From: Acidimicrobiia bacterium
GTDB taxonomy: Bacteria; Actinomycetota; Acidimicrobiia; Spongiisociales; UBA5794
NCBI GenBank assembly: GCA_036985855.1
Contig: BTQL01000007.1
Location: 3,060 to 67,059 of the forward strand
Reading direction: 5' to 3'
Length of the DNA stretch: 64,000 bases
The translations under genes and the position numbers were made by a program. Of the stretch, positions 1 to 9,926 are shown in pieces. How positions within the stretch are numbered: position 1 is the stretch's first letter; each line of letters begins with the position of its first letter. A model generated the notes under the pieces. The model saw only the letters and a program-made list of their open reading frames with translations. It was not told where the DNA came from and ran no database searches.

Positions 1-2
1 GC

Positions 3-617
3 ACTCGTTCGGACTTCACCGACAACCGCCATTGGGTGACACTCAGAGAAGCAGAAGAAGCGACGGGGATCCCGACGAACACACTGCGCAAGTGGGTACG
101 CAAGGCCGACCTTCCCTCCTACCTCGAAGCCGATGGCGACCTCGCTCTGCGGATGGTGGATCTGGACGCGGTCGTTGCCAGAGCGAAAGAGCTTGGGCGG
201 AGCGTTGCTGCGCAGAGCAGGGAACGCGCGAGCGAGAACGAGCTCGAATCCCCCTCTCCCCTGGCGGGAGAGGCGCGAGGAGTCAAACGACGCGGCGCAG
301 AAGGGGAGAGCGAGTCGCCCCCAGGCACGATGATCGTTCCCATCGATGCGTGGAACAAGATGCTCAACCAACTCGGAAATCTCCACGAGGCCGGCCAGCA
401 GCTCGCAACAGCGCGCGAACGTGCGGCCAAGGCAGAGACGGAGGTTTCGTTTCTCAGGGAGCGGTTGGCAGAGATGAGGGTCGAAACACCAGACTCCAGA
501 CCTCGGTCACAGGAGCCGGTAGCCAATATCGTTGAACCAGAACCGGCCCAACCACCCACAACCACATACTGGCGTTACGTCACCACCGGTTGGCGGGACC
601 GCAGGAAGCGCCGCTAG
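3..617 (+). CDS. HTH DNA-binding / coiled-coil protein (probably 5'-truncated by the window edge)
   Basis: The frame is open from position 3 (TRSDFTDNRHWVTLREAEEATGIPTNTLRKWVR), giving a MerR/Xis-like HTH. It is followed by a heptad-rich segment (WNKMLNQL...FLRERLAEMR) and an aromatic/basic C-terminus (YWRYVTTGWRDRRKRR). Confidence 0.7.
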   Translation, partial: TRSDFTDNRHWVTLREAEEATGIPTNTLRKWVRKADLPSYLEADGDLALRMVDLDAVVARAKELGRSVAAQSRERASENELESPSPLAGEARGVKRRGAEGESESPPGTMIVPIDAWNKMLNQLGNLHEAGQQLATARERAAKAETEVSFLRERLAEMRVETPDSRPRSQEPVANIVEPEPAQPPTTTYWRYVTTGWRDRRKRR

Positions 618-654
618 GCCACCTCTCCGGCGCACGCCGTTGCGCGGCGGGCAG

Positions 655-1353
655 TCAGGACAGCCGGGCCGTACTCGCCCACCGGTAGCCCCACCAAAGC
701 AACGTGATCCCGACGGCCAACGACACAGCAAGCGCGGAGGACTCACCGAGTGCAGTCAAGCTGCCGCCGAACGCCGGCGCAAGTACGCCGCCAACGATGA
801 GCAGATTGCCATAGGCGAGTCGACGATTCGTGCGCCAGGATCGCACTGCCGACACCGCTGCGAAACCAATGATCACGATCGATCCGATGGCGCCGGAGAT
901 CGCTGCGAAGAGTCTCGGTCCTGGCAGGGTCAACGCCTCGATCATGAAGGTGAAATCGAATACCTCGCTGCCCTCCGGGACGCCGTCTGCCGACAGAGGC
1001 GCCACGAACGGCGCAAGAAAAGTCGCGAAGAACCCGAATACGAGCCAGAGGCTCACAATCGGCCCGGCACGCTTGGCAGCGGACTCCCGCCACAGCGCGA
1101 CCGAACCGGCAGCCAACAGCGATATGTTTGCTATTGCGCCCAGGAAGTAGAAGATCCGGAAGCTGAACGACGTCCACCCGAGACCAAGCCCATAGGCCAG
1201 CGTCCACATCGCGAACGCGTACGCTCCGAACGCTACAGACCAGATCTCAGCGTGCAGACGTCTACGGGCGCGCCAGCTGGTGAACAGCTGACCGGTAAAC
1301 ATCGTCGCGATTCCCGCACCGACGATCGCAAGGAAAACATCCACGCGGGGCAT
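655..1353 (-). CDS. Multi-pass integral membrane protein, unknown function
   Basis: 232 aa with about 6-7 hydrophobic segments; fills the space between convergent and divergent neighbours. Confidence 0.7.
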   Translation of the reverse strand: MPRVDVFLAIVGAGIATMFTGQLFTSWRARRRLHAEIWSVAFGAYAFAMWTLAYGLGLGWTSFSFRIFYFLGAIANISLLAAGSVALWRESAAKRAGPIVSLWLVFGFFATFLAPFVAPLSADGVPEGSEVFDFTFMIEALTLPGPRLFAAISGAIGSIVIIGFAAVSAVRSWRTNRRLAYGNLLIVGGVLAPAFGGSLTALGESSALAVSLAVGITLLWWGYRWASTARLS

Positions 1354-1393
1354 CGTATACAGCCGCTGGCGGTCGGAGGGTCATCGTCTGCCG

Positions 1394-1399
1394 TATTCT
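1394..1399 (+). promoter_or_regulatory. Candidate -10 element (TATTCT) for a leaderless ABC operon mRNA
   Basis: A TAnnnT hexamer ends 7 nt before the GTG at 1407, and there is no purine-rich RBS between them. Confidence 0.35.
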
Positions 1400-1406
1400 C
1401 CCCTCC

Positions 1407-2315
1407 GTGGGAGAAACTGCGTTCACAACTTCAGACCTCGGCCATGCGTACGGCAACATTGCCGCGCTGCATTCGCTCGATCTCCAGGTCCCACGCGGAC
1501 GGACCGGACTGGTCGGGGCGAACGGCGCGGGCAAATCGACCCTCATAATGGCCCTCCTCGGCATCATCACGCCGACCACAGGTACCGCATCGGTACTCGG
1601 GATGGACACCAGGTCTGAGACTATCGACATCCGGGGCGTCGTTGGATACATGCCGGAGGGACCGTGCCTTCCCCTCGACCAGACCGCAGCCGACTTCCTC
1701 GTGTTCGCCGCAGGAACCGCGGGACTCCCGAAGAGGGCAGCACGTCAGCGAGCATCGGACGTTCTCACCCTCGTCGGCCTGAACGAAGAACGGTTCCGCT
1801 ATCTCGGAGACTTCTCAACCGGGATGAAACAGAGAGCAAAGCTCGCTCAAGCGATCGTTCACGACCCGGACCTCGTGTTCCTAGACGAACCGACCTCAGG
1901 CCTCGACCCGTCCGGGAGAGAAGAGATGCTCGACCTCATCGGGCGCCTCGGAAGCTACGGCATCGACGTGATCGTGTCTTCCCACGTGTTGCGCGACATC
2001 GAGCGAACCTGTAGTTGGGTCATCATGCTCGACCGAGGCACGCTCCTCCACGCTGGTCCCATCGGGAGCGACCGCACGGAAGGGACCGTGCATCTCGAAT
2101 TGATCGACGATCCACAACACGTTGAGACGGCGCTTGTGCGCGCCGGTGCGACCGTGACGAAGCAGGGCAGGGTTCTCCAGGTCTCTGCCGAACATGGAGA
2201 CGTGTATGACATCGTTCGAGACTCGGTCGCTGCCGCGGGGGCATCGATCCGGAAACTCGACGCATCCGGTGGATCGCTCGAAGACATGTTCCTGCATCAC
2301 GGAGAAGGCCTATGA
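1407..2315 (+). CDS. ABC transporter ATP-binding protein (ABC-2/exporter type)
   Basis: Walker A GANGAGKST, signature FSTGMKQR, Walker B LVFLDEPTSG, H-loop SSH. Confidence 0.95.
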   Translation: MGETAFTTSDLGHAYGNIAALHSLDLQVPRGRTGLVGANGAGKSTLIMALLGIITPTTGTASVLGMDTRSETIDIRGVVGYMPEGPCLPLDQTAADFLVFAAGTAGLPKRAARQRASDVLTLVGLNEERFRYLGDFSTGMKQRAKLAQAIVHDPDLVFLDEPTSGLDPSGREEMLDLIGRLGSYGIDVIVSSHVLRDIERTCSWVIMLDRGTLLHAGPIGSDRTEGTVHLELIDDPQHVETALVRAGATVTKQGRVLQVSAEHGDVYDIVRDSVAAAGASIRKLDASGGSLEDMFLHHGEGL

Positions 2316-3205
2316 CCGAGCAGATCGGTGCCGTATACGACCTCGGATACGAACCTTTCGAGGGTGAACGCACGGGAAGAGCCGGCGCACGAAAGACACT
2401 GTATTTCGACGGAATCAGGCGCGTGCTCGGTCTGCGACGCAAAGCCAGACGCAAGGTCATGCCATGGGCACTGCTCTTCATCGCCATCGTTCCACCGATC
2501 GTCGCTGTCGGTATCTCCTTCGTGATCCCTCCAGGTGCAGCCGACACCATCGACCTCGCAGGACAGAACGCTGAATTCTTCTCACTGGCCGGCACGATCA
2601 CGATGCTCTTCACCGCGCTCGCGGCCCCTGAGCTCTTGATCCCCGACCGCAAAGACGGGGTGTTGTCGATGCTCGCGTCGCGACCCCTTACCACCGCTGA
2701 CTACCTCGGCACACGCCTCGCGAGCCTTGTCACCGTCGTCGGTGTGTTCATGATCATTCCCCAGCTCGTTCTCTTTCTGGGACAAGCCGGCACCGACCCC
2801 GAAGGACTGTTCAAAGGTCTCGTCAACGCTGCAGACACGCTGCCAAGAATCGTCGCAGTTGCCGCTGTCTACACGATTGCATACGTCCCGCTCGGATTCG
2901 TCATTGCGAGCCTATCGAACAGGAAGTCGATCGCCACAGCAAGCTACCTGGCGGTCATGATCGCTCTCACGGCGTTCGCAGAAGCCCTCGTTCGCGGATC
3001 GAACATCTCAGGGGGTCGGTGGGCAGCCCTGCTTGCCCCCATCAACACGGCGGATGCGGCCAATGTGTGGATCTTCGGTGGATCGAACGCTGAGTCCCTG
3101 CTCGCAGCCGCGGACATCCACCCGGCATTCGGGATTCTCGCACTTGTCGTCGCGGGCGCGGCGCTTTCGGTATTCGCTTTGAACCGGTACCGGAGATTGA
3201 TGTGA
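2312..3205 (+). CDS. ABC transporter permease
   Basis: About 6 TM segments; ATGA/GTGA overlaps with the flanking ATPase genes. Confidence 0.9.
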   Translation: MTEQIGAVYDLGYEPFEGERTGRAGARKTLYFDGIRRVLGLRRKARRKVMPWALLFIAIVPPIVAVGISFVIPPGAADTIDLAGQNAEFFSLAGTITMLFTALAAPELLIPDRKDGVLSMLASRPLTTADYLGTRLASLVTVVGVFMIIPQLVLFLGQAGTDPEGLFKGLVNAADTLPRIVAVAAVYTIAYVPLGFVIASLSNRKSIATASYLAVMIALTAFAEALVRGSNISGGRWAALLAPINTADAANVWIFGGSNAESLLAAADIHPAFGILALVVAGAALSVFALNRYRRLM

Positions 3206-4143
3206 CCTCCGATCCGGCTTTCGTCGAATCCCCGACCATTGAGATCTCGACCGCGTCGAAGTGGTTCGGGCAGAAAGTCGCGGTCTCGAACCTGTCGTGC
3301 TCCTTCGGGCCGGGAGTCACGGGATTGCTCGGCCCGAATGGGGCCGGCAAAACGACGCTCCTTCGCATGGTTGCGGGACTCATCAGGTCCTCAAACGGAA
3401 CTATTCGTGTCCTCGGCGAGGACCCGAGACGGCAGCCGAGGATCTTCAGCCGTGTCGCTCTCGTGCCAGATGAGGACGCCGTCTACGGAGACATGACGGC
3501 GCGCCGATTCGTCCGATACTCCGCTCAGCTCGCCAATGCCGACAGCTCCTCCGCGGCAATCGAGCGAACGCTGGATGAAGTGGCGATGCGCGACGCAGCG
3601 GACCGGCCAATCGCCGGATACTCAAAGGGTATGCGCCAGCGGACGAAGGTTGCAGCCGCGCTCGCATGTGACCCTGAGGTCTTGATCCTCGATGAGCCCC
3701 TCAACGGAACCGATCCGGTACAACGAGCTCATCTCATCGATCTCTTCCAGCGCCTTGGGGAGCGGGGCCGCACAGTGATCGTTTCGTCCCATGTGCTCGA
3801 AGAGGTGGAGAGAGTCTCTTCCCGAGTAGTCGCGATCGTCGACGGGAGGCTCGCGGCCGCAGGAACCGTCGACGCGATCAGAGCGGCAATGTACGACATT
3901 CCCTACGTCGTGAGGATCGATACCAACAAGCCTCGCGAGCTCGGCGCGGCAATGTTCAGAAACGGCGTAGTCGATACGGTCGAAGCAACTTCCACAGCGG
4001 TCGAAGTACGAACTCGAGATCTCGCGAGACTTGGCTCGGAGGCTCCAAGCCTCGCCGCGTCCCTCGGCGCACAGCTCACCGGATTCCACCCCCAGGATGC
4101 GTCCCTCGAATCCGTCTTCCGGTATCTCGTGGAGCGACGATGA
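3202..4143 (+). CDS. ABC transporter ATP-binding protein
   Basis: GPNGAGKTT, YSKGMRQR, LILDEPLNG, SSH. Confidence 0.95.
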   Translation: MTSDPAFVESPTIEISTASKWFGQKVAVSNLSCSFGPGVTGLLGPNGAGKTTLLRMVAGLIRSSNGTIRVLGEDPRRQPRIFSRVALVPDEDAVYGDMTARRFVRYSAQLANADSSSAAIERTLDEVAMRDAADRPIAGYSKGMRQRTKVAAALACDPEVLILDEPLNGTDPVQRAHLIDLFQRLGERGRTVIVSSHVLEEVERVSSRVVAIVDGRLAAAGTVDAIRAAMYDIPYVVRIDTNKPRELGAAMFRNGVVDTVEATSTAVEVRTRDLARLGSEAPSLAASLGAQLTGFHPQDASLESVFRYLVERR

Positions 4144-4886
4144 CCCCCACCCTCGCACTGTTCACCGTGTCGCTTCGACACGCCATGCCGAGGCGACGCA
4201 CACTCCTGCTCGGTCTTCTTGAGCTCGCACCTGCCGGCATATACCTCGTGTCCACGACCAACCGGACGGAGGACTTCGCCCTCCAAGGTGCGGTGCAGAT
4301 CGGCAGCAGCATTTTCTTCTCGCTTGTACTCCCTGTCGTCTCCATCGTCATTGCGGCAGGTGTTCTCGGAGCCGAACGAAAGGATCAGACGCTGAGCTTC
4401 ATCGCGCTGCGACCGATTCCTCGAATCGCCATCGCAGCTGCGAAGATCCTCGCCGCGATATTCGCAGCGTTCGCCGTGAACTCCGTCGGTGCCGTCGCCC
4501 TCGCCGGCGCACACACGATCCGCTTCGGGAATCCTCAACTCTTTCTGGGACTCATCGCCGGGGCTTTCGTGGCGACGGTCGCCTATGCGGCAATCTTCGT
4601 CCCGCTCGGGTTTCTCACCGACCGCGCCGTGATCATCGGGATGGCCTACCTGTTGGTTTTCGAGAACGGCATCGCTTTCGCCCTCCCCGGGCTCGCCTCG
4701 CTGTCACCCTGGCGTCTCGGAGTCGTGACGTTCGGTGCGTTGGCACCTGAAGTCGCTGCATATACGAGCGAGTTCATCGGAAGTCTCGACGTGAGCGCCT
4801 CGGCGTCTTTGCTCACTGCTTTGACCTTCCTCGTTGCCGGTGTCACGGCCACATCGATCCTTTTACGAACGCGGGACCTCGCGTAG
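4140..4886 (+). CDS. ABC transporter permease
   Basis: About 6 TM segments; 4-nt overlap with the upstream ATPase. Confidence 0.9.
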   Translation: MTPTLALFTVSLRHAMPRRRTLLLGLLELAPAGIYLVSTTNRTEDFALQGAVQIGSSIFFSLVLPVVSIVIAAGVLGAERKDQTLSFIALRPIPRIAIAAAKILAAIFAAFAVNSVGAVALAGAHTIRFGNPQLFLGLIAGAFVATVAYAAIFVPLGFLTDRAVIIGMAYLLVFENGIAFALPGLASLSPWRLGVVTFGALAPEVAAYTSEFIGSLDVSASASLLTALTFLVAGVTATSILLRTRDLA

Positions 4887-4920
4887 GGAGGGCGTAGGAC
4901 GCGTCCAAACGCGGACTACC

Positions 4921-4954
4921 AGAAATCCTCGGCGGCGGCAGCGGCGAGATTTCT
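4921..4954. terminator. Hairpin between the convergent ABC permease and yggT
   Basis: AGAAATCCTCG...CGAGATTTCT inverted repeat (one bulge) in a convergent intergenic gap. Confidence 0.5.
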
Positions 4955-5213
4955 ACAGAAATCCAGCAAGCAGCGAGAGCCCGAGTATCAATATCAGAGG
5001 GGAGAGATCAAGCGCTGCACCACCGATTCGCACCGGCGGGATCAGTGCACGTATGGGCCGCAGAATCGGTTCGATGATCTTCGACAACGCGTCATACACC
5101 TTCCGAACGGGATGATCCCAACCGAGCCTGCCGAATGCGACGAGGTACGACAGTACGATCCAAAGGAGCATTCCGAGCACGAACCAATTGATGATCAGCT
5201 TGACGAGTGCCAC
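4953..5213 (-). CDS. yggT: YggT family membrane protein
   Basis: Start re-picked at GTG 5213 (VALVKLIINWF). Typical EPILRPIR...LDLSPLI motif; position after sepF. Confidence 0.9.
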   Translation of the reverse strand: MALVKLIINWFVLGMLLWIVLSYLVAFGRLGWDHPVRKVYDALSKIIEPILRPIRALIPPVRIGGAALDLSPLILILGLSLLAGFL

Positions 5214-5214
5214 G

Positions 5215-5829
5215 TCAGGTCTGCGTGTCGAAGAGCCCGAGCTTTGTGAGCCGATCGCGTTCCTGCACACCGAGCGATACGCCTGAAGGTGTCACCAGTA
5301 TCACACCCTGGGCTGTCTTCGCCATCTTCCCTTCCAGGGCATAGGTGAGCCCCGATGCAAAATCGACGATCCTGCGCACCATCTCTGGTTCAGTATCGCG
5401 AAGGTCGAGCACGACCCCCCGACCCCCGCGGATCGCGTCTGCGAGCGTCTGGGCATCGGAAAAGTTTCGCGCCACGATTATGTGCAATTCCGGTTCGACC
5501 CGGCGAGCAGCTACCGCGGCATTCGCTCGCCCCGCATCGGGATGAATGTAGACACCTGCCTCCGCGTAGGTCCTGTCAGGCGACATCCTCTGTCTGGTGG
5601 CCGCAGGGGGTTCGACCCTTCTTCCGGCAACACCCGCACCTGGTTTCGCCACCGTCGAAGTTCGGGAAACATCACCTGGTTGGACTTGTGACGGGGGTGT
5701 CCCGATCGAATCTGCGGCCACAGGCCTGACCTCGCCAACGGACGACTCGATGATCCCGGCGCCCTGCTCTTCCTCGTCGACAAGACCAAGGTAGAAAAGG
5801 GTCTTGTTCCACAGTGATGACATGTTCAA
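5215..5829 (-). CDS. sepF: Cell division protein SepF
   Basis: N-terminal amphipathic SSLWNKTLFYLGL; C-terminal F.DAQ.LAD.I...RRIVDFASGL core. Start may be 5823. Confidence 0.93.
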   Translation of the reverse strand: MNMSSLWNKTLFYLGLVDEEEQGAGIIESSVGEVRPVAADSIGTPPSQVQPGDVSRTSTVAKPGAGVAGRRVEPPAATRQRMSPDRTYAEAGVYIHPDAGRANAAVAARRVEPELHIIVARNFSDAQTLADAIRGGRGVVLDLRDTEPEMVRRIVDFASGLTYALEGKMAKTAQGVILVTPSGVSLGVQERDRLTKLGLFDTQT

Positions 5830-5842
5830 ATCCCGTTACTTC

Positions 5843-6505
5843 TTAACGATCCGTTGGCTCAAAGATAGCCCGTCCAACGCGCACCATGGTTGACCCTTCT
5901 TCGATCGCAACCACAAAATCGTTTGACATGCCCATCGAGCAATGCTCCATGTTCCCATACTGACTGCGACAATGATCGAAGATGGTCCGCAGCCTGGCAA
6001 AGTACGGTCTCGAGACTTCGGCATCGATAGTCATCGGCGGGATCGCCATCACCCCGCGTACGTCAACACCCATCTCGATCAATCGATCGATGACAGCATC
6101 CGCGTCGTTCGGGTCGAACCCCGATTTCTGCGGCTCGTCGCCGAGGTTGAACTGCACCAGAACCGGTGTCGAGCCCGAGGCTGCCCATGTTCGCGCAAGC
6201 GACATGCGATCCATCGAATGCAGCAACGCCGCATGCCTACGCACCGATGCAACCTTTCGTCTTTGCAACGGACCTATGAAGTGCCACTCGAGACCATCGA
6301 AGAGTTCACCTTCCACACGGTCCGCGAGGCCCTGCTGACGATTTTCACCGAAGATCCTCTGACCCGCTCGAGCGATCGACGCGACCTCCGCATCCGGTCG
6401 ACCCTTCGACACTGCAACGAGTGTGACCGCATCCGGTGTCAGCCCGATGCGATGTGCGGCTGCAGCTATTGCAGATTTGACCTTTACGAGTCCCGAGGTA
6501 TCCAT
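5843..6505 (-). CDS. yggS: PLP homeostasis protein YggS/PLPBP
   Basis: LVAVSK (PLP lysine), FGENR, WHFIG, SMGMS, MVRVGRAIF. Confidence 0.95.
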   Translation of the reverse strand: MDTSGLVKVKSAIAAAAHRIGLTPDAVTLVAVSKGRPDAEVASIARAGQRIFGENRQQGLADRVEGELFDGLEWHFIGPLQRRKVASVRRHAALLHSMDRMSLARTWAASGSTPVLVQFNLGDEPQKSGFDPNDADAVIDRLIEMGVDVRGVMAIPPMTIDAEVSRPYFARLRTIFDHCRSQYGNMEHCSMGMSNDFVVAIEEGSTMVRVGRAIFEPTDR

Positions 6506-7116
6506 GCCACCGTTACCTGTCGATGAGATGTTGCATTCTCGCGGAAGGAGTGGAAACGCTCATCGTGCATTGTGCACGCGTCGAGCGCCGTCACATCCAC
6601 TCCGACCAGTCGCGCTCTCACCGCGTCGGAGAGGTCGACACTACGGGTACCGGACGTCGTCGATCGCGTGTGCCCTCCGATCGCCTCGACCACATCTCCG
6701 CCAACCTCATAACAACAGGATCCGATGTGTGGCCCGACCAGAGCGGATACCACAGCGTCACCCTCACGCTCCATCAACCCTACGGCCTCACCGATGATGC
6801 CTGCAGCAAGACCACGCCATCCGCAATGGACAACAGCAACCGATTTTGCACCCATGAGCACAAGGGGCACGCAGTCTGCCGTTGTGACAGCGATCGGCAA
6901 CATGGGCGCGGTCGTGATGATCCCGTCGGCTTCACCGAAGTTGCCAGGTTCCGTCGCAACAACAATGTCCGACCCATGGACCTGATCGACGAACGCCCAG
7001 GATTCCGGGATATCGAGAGATTCTGACATGCGACGTCTGGCTTCACCGTCGCTGCGCGGATCGCCATCGCTCGACTCGCCGAAGACAACCCCAGGGAGCC
7101 CCCGAGGGCGGATCAT
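6484..7116 (-). CDS. pgeF: PgeF/YfiH (purine nucleoside phosphorylase / peptidoglycan editing) family protein
   Basis: [31 protein letters not shown]; directly after ftsZ. Confidence 0.92.
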   Translation of the reverse strand: MIRPRGLPGVVFGESSDGDPRSDGEARRRMSESLDIPESWAFVDQVHGSDIVVATEPGNFGEADGIITTAPMLPIAVTTADCVPLVLMGAKSVAVVHCGWRGLAAGIIGEAVGLMEREGDAVVSALVGPHIGSCCYEVGGDVVEAIGGHTRSTTSGTRSVDLSDAVRARLVGVDVTALDACTMHDERFHSFRENATSHRQVTVAWIPRDS

Positions 7117-8195
7117 CCTTGAACGAAACCTGGGATATCCATCTCATCGGTACCGGGTTCTTGCTCATCGCCCGAACCACCGAGGATACTGGGACGCTCT
7201 GTTCGCGGCTGTTGGGTAGAGAAACCGCCCCTGCGATCGCGGTCGAACCCTGCAGCGATGACGGTCACCTGCATCTCGTCATCGAGCGTCTCGTCGACCA
7301 CTGCACCGAAGATGATGTTCGCGTCCGCATCTGAGTGGTCAGATATCAACGACGCGGCTGTGTTCACTTCGTGCAACGTCATGTCTGCGGGACCCGCGAT
7401 GGACAGCAACACTCCTCTGGCGCCCTCCATGGAGGTTTCGAGTAGCGGACTCGAGATGGCTTTCTCAGCCGCCTGCTGGGCGCGACTATCGCCCGTCGAC
7501 GTGCCAATGCCCATGACAGCGGACCCTGCGTCTGACATGACCGCTGTCACGTCTGCAAAGTCGACATTGATGAGACCAGGCGTTGTGATCAGCTCGGTGA
7601 TCCCTTTCACGCCGGACGTGAGGACCTCGTCAGCCATCGAGAATGCATCGGAAACGGGAGTAGAGGGTTCCGCGATCTCGAGCAGACGCTCGTTCGGGAT
7701 GATGATGAGTGTGTCGACGGCACCCTTGAGTGCTTGAATGCCCTGTTCGGCCTGGACACTGCGACGTCTCCCCTCGAAACCAAACGGTCTTGTAACGACC
7801 CCAACCGTGAGTGCGCCTGCCGCCCGCGCTACTTCGGCAACAACGGGAGCAGCACCCGTACCGGTCCCACCACCTTCGCCTGCGGTGATGAAGACCATGT
7901 CAGCGCCGGTGAGTGCGTCTTCGAGTTCGTCGCGATGATCTTCGGCAGCCTCTCTGCCGACCTCAGGGTTAGCGCCTGCGCCGAGACCTCGCGTTGACTC
8001 GCGGCCGATATCGAGCTTGAGATCCGCGTCCGACATCAAGAGGGCCTGTGCATCAGTATTGACGGCTATGAATTCGACGCCACCAACACCTTGAGCGATC
8101 ATGCGGTTGACGGCGTTGACTCCGCCGCCACCCACGCCGATCACTTTGATCACTGCGAGGTATGTAGTAGGTGGCTTGTTTGATTCTGTGGCCAT
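7113..8195 (-). CDS. ftsZ: Cell division protein FtsZ
   Basis: [26 protein letters not shown] tubulin motif, [11 protein letters not shown]-terminal peptide DIPGF. Confidence 0.99.
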   Translation of the reverse strand: MATESNKPPTTYLAVIKVIGVGGGGVNAVNRMIAQGVGGVEFIAVNTDAQALLMSDADLKLDIGRESTRGLGAGANPEVGREAAEDHRDELEDALTGADMVFITAGEGGGTGTGAAPVVAEVARAAGALTVGVVTRPFGFEGRRRSVQAEQGIQALKGAVDTLIIIPNERLLEIAEPSTPVSDAFSMADEVLTSGVKGITELITTPGLINVDFADVTAVMSDAGSAVMGIGTSTGDSRAQQAAEKAISSPLLETSMEGARGVLLSIAGPADMTLHEVNTAASLISDHSDADANIIFGAVVDETLDDEMQVTVIAAGFDRDRRGGFSTQQPRTERPSILGGSGDEQEPGTDEMDIPGFVQG

Positions 8196-8222
8196 GGAGT
8201 ATCCCTCCCCAAGAAGGTATCA

Positions 8223-8252
8223 ATCAACCTTAGCCCCCACTTCAAGGTTGAT
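8223..8252. promoter_or_regulatory. Perfect 9-bp inverted repeat upstream of ftsZ (putative operator or RNA hairpin)
   Basis: ATCAACCTT (8223-8231), 12-nt spacer, AAGGTTGAT (8244-8252) in the ftsQ-ftsZ gap. Confidence 0.6.
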
Positions 8253-8259
8253 GCCTGAC

Positions 8260-9030
8260 TTATTCCTCAACCTCTGGTTCAGGTAGAGGGTTGGTCACTG
8301 CGGGTCGTAGCGGAGCGATGATGTCTATCGACGCGCCCGGCTCGATGCCAGTTTCGAGCAACGCTTCAAGTACCATCGCTTTCTCAGCCATGTCAACGGG
8401 TCGACCGAGTCGTATGCGGTAGTCACCAATCTCCGCGGCCAGACCCTCGCCCTCGACATAGACCCTCGCTCCCGAACGGTTTCCTTCAGAGATTCGAGAA
8501 ACGAAAACAAGCGCGCCGAGCACCGCTGAATCCGATATCACGTCCCCAGGCAGGAGGGGACCTTGATCGATCGCGATCAACGAATCCCCGGCTCCCGGGT
8601 CCGGGACCGCCATGATCACTCCACCATCGCTTGCAACCAGTACCCACTGCTCCCCCGCCAGCACCGCTGCAACAGGAGTTCTCTCGACAACATCGATCAG
8701 CACGGATCCGGGCCAAATGATGTCAACGTCGACGGACGCCACCCACGGATCCTCGAGGATCCGAACGGTTATCTCTGTGCCATCGACATCGATCGTCGGC
8801 GTACCGATTCCCATGCCGAGAGCCTGCACCACCGCCCCTGGATCAGAGTGCTCTGCTCCGGTCACATCGACCTGCCGAATGGAAAGGATCGGTGACCGGA
8901 TGAGCCACAGCGTCGACAGCACAGTCGCCACCAGTGCGATCACGATGAGGATCCATTTCAAGCGTCGGCGCGCTCTATCTTCAGATACCGTTTTGCGACG
9001 TTGCGCAACGCGCGGCTCCATAACGGTCAT
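8260..9030 (-). CDS. ftsQ: Cell division protein FtsQ/DivIB
   Basis: Basic N-terminus, one TM, POTRA-like segment (PWVASVDV...WPGSVLIDVVERTP); directly upstream of ftsZ. Confidence 0.93.
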   Translation of the reverse strand: MTVMEPRVAQRRKTVSEDRARRRLKWILIVIALVATVLSTLWLIRSPILSIRQVDVTGAEHSDPGAVVQALGMGIGTPTIDVDGTEITVRILEDPWVASVDVDIIWPGSVLIDVVERTPVAAVLAGEQWVLVASDGGVIMAVPDPGAGDSLIAIDQGPLLPGDVISDSAVLGALVFVSRISEGNRSGARVYVEGEGLAAEIGDYRIRLGRPVDMAEKAMVLEALLETGIEPGASIDIIAPLRPAVTNPLPEPEVEE

Positions 9031-9926
9031 GCTCGGCCCCTAGAAGTATCGAATTCTCCGAGGAATCGTATCTCGGGTTCGAGCATGATCCCTGTAATGT
9101 CGAGCACTTTCTCTTGGATTTCGCGAACGAACCCGTAAATGTCTTCTGCCGTCGCACCGGTTGTGGTGACCATGAAATTGGCATGAACGGGAGATACTTG
9201 AACGGGTCCCACGGTTACGCCCTTCAATCCACACCGATCGATGATCGCTCCCGCTGCATCGTTCGGCGGATTCACGAAGACGCTGCCGGCGTTGAGTGTT
9301 CCGCCAGGCTGGTTCTCCCTCCGCCATCGTGTGATGTCCCTGATCGTCTCCTCGATCTCGGCCGGATCACCTCGAGATGTCATGAACGTGGCCTGCACGA
9401 CGATCTCCGTATCCGTGAGATCAGAGTGGCGATACGCCAATCCGAGTGATGACACGGCCCGTTTTACAAGAGATCCTGAAGCGAGATCGACCACGACGGC
9501 GTTCTCAAGGACATCAGCAGTTTCGGATCCGTGACCGCCGGCGTTCATTCGAACGGCACCACCGACGGATCCAGGAATTCCTACATAGAACTCGAGACCC
9601 GCCAATCCCACGCCGGCTGCCGTTCGTGCGAGCTTCGGGAGTGCCACCGCGGCACCGGCGACTACCTGGCCATCTGGTCGCGCATCGATGGCAGCGAACG
9701 CACCGCCGAGGTGCAGAACCAGACCGTCGATTCCTCGATCGGAGATAACGACGTTGCTCCCCCTCCCAAGCACAAAGATGGCAACGCGATCGGGGACCAC
9801 ACCGAGAATCGAACGCAACTCTTCAAGATCCTGCGGCTCAGCGAACCACCTTGCGGAGCCACCAACCTTGTACGTTGTCAATGGTGCGAGCGGAACGTCG
9901 CCCCTGACGGAGGCATGATCCATCAC
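9027..9926 (-). CDS. murB: UDP-N-acetylenolpyruvoylglucosamine reductase
   Basis: TYKVGG, GRGSNVV, GIPGSVGGAVRMNAG, NAGSVFVNP, HANFMV, LEPEI. Confidence 0.97.
   Translation of the reverse strand: MMDHASVRGDVPLAPLTTYKVGGSARWFAEPQDLEELRSILGVVPDRVAIFVLGRGSNVVISDRGIDGLVLHLGGAFAAIDARPDGQVVAGAAVALPKLARTAAGVGLAGLEFYVGIPGSVGGAVRMNAGGHGSETADVLENAVVVDLASGSLVKRAVSSLGLAYRHSDLTDTEIVVQATFMTSRGDPAEIEETIRDITRWRRENQPGGTLNAGSVFVNPPNDAAGAIIDRCGLKGVTVGPVQVSPVHANFMVTTTGATAEDIYGFVREIQEKVLDITGIMLEPEIRFLGEFDTSRGRA

Noticed and set aside
532-1548. 338-aa plus-strand ORF
   Set aside because: Arg/Pro-rich shadow of the membrane protein gene at 655-1353.
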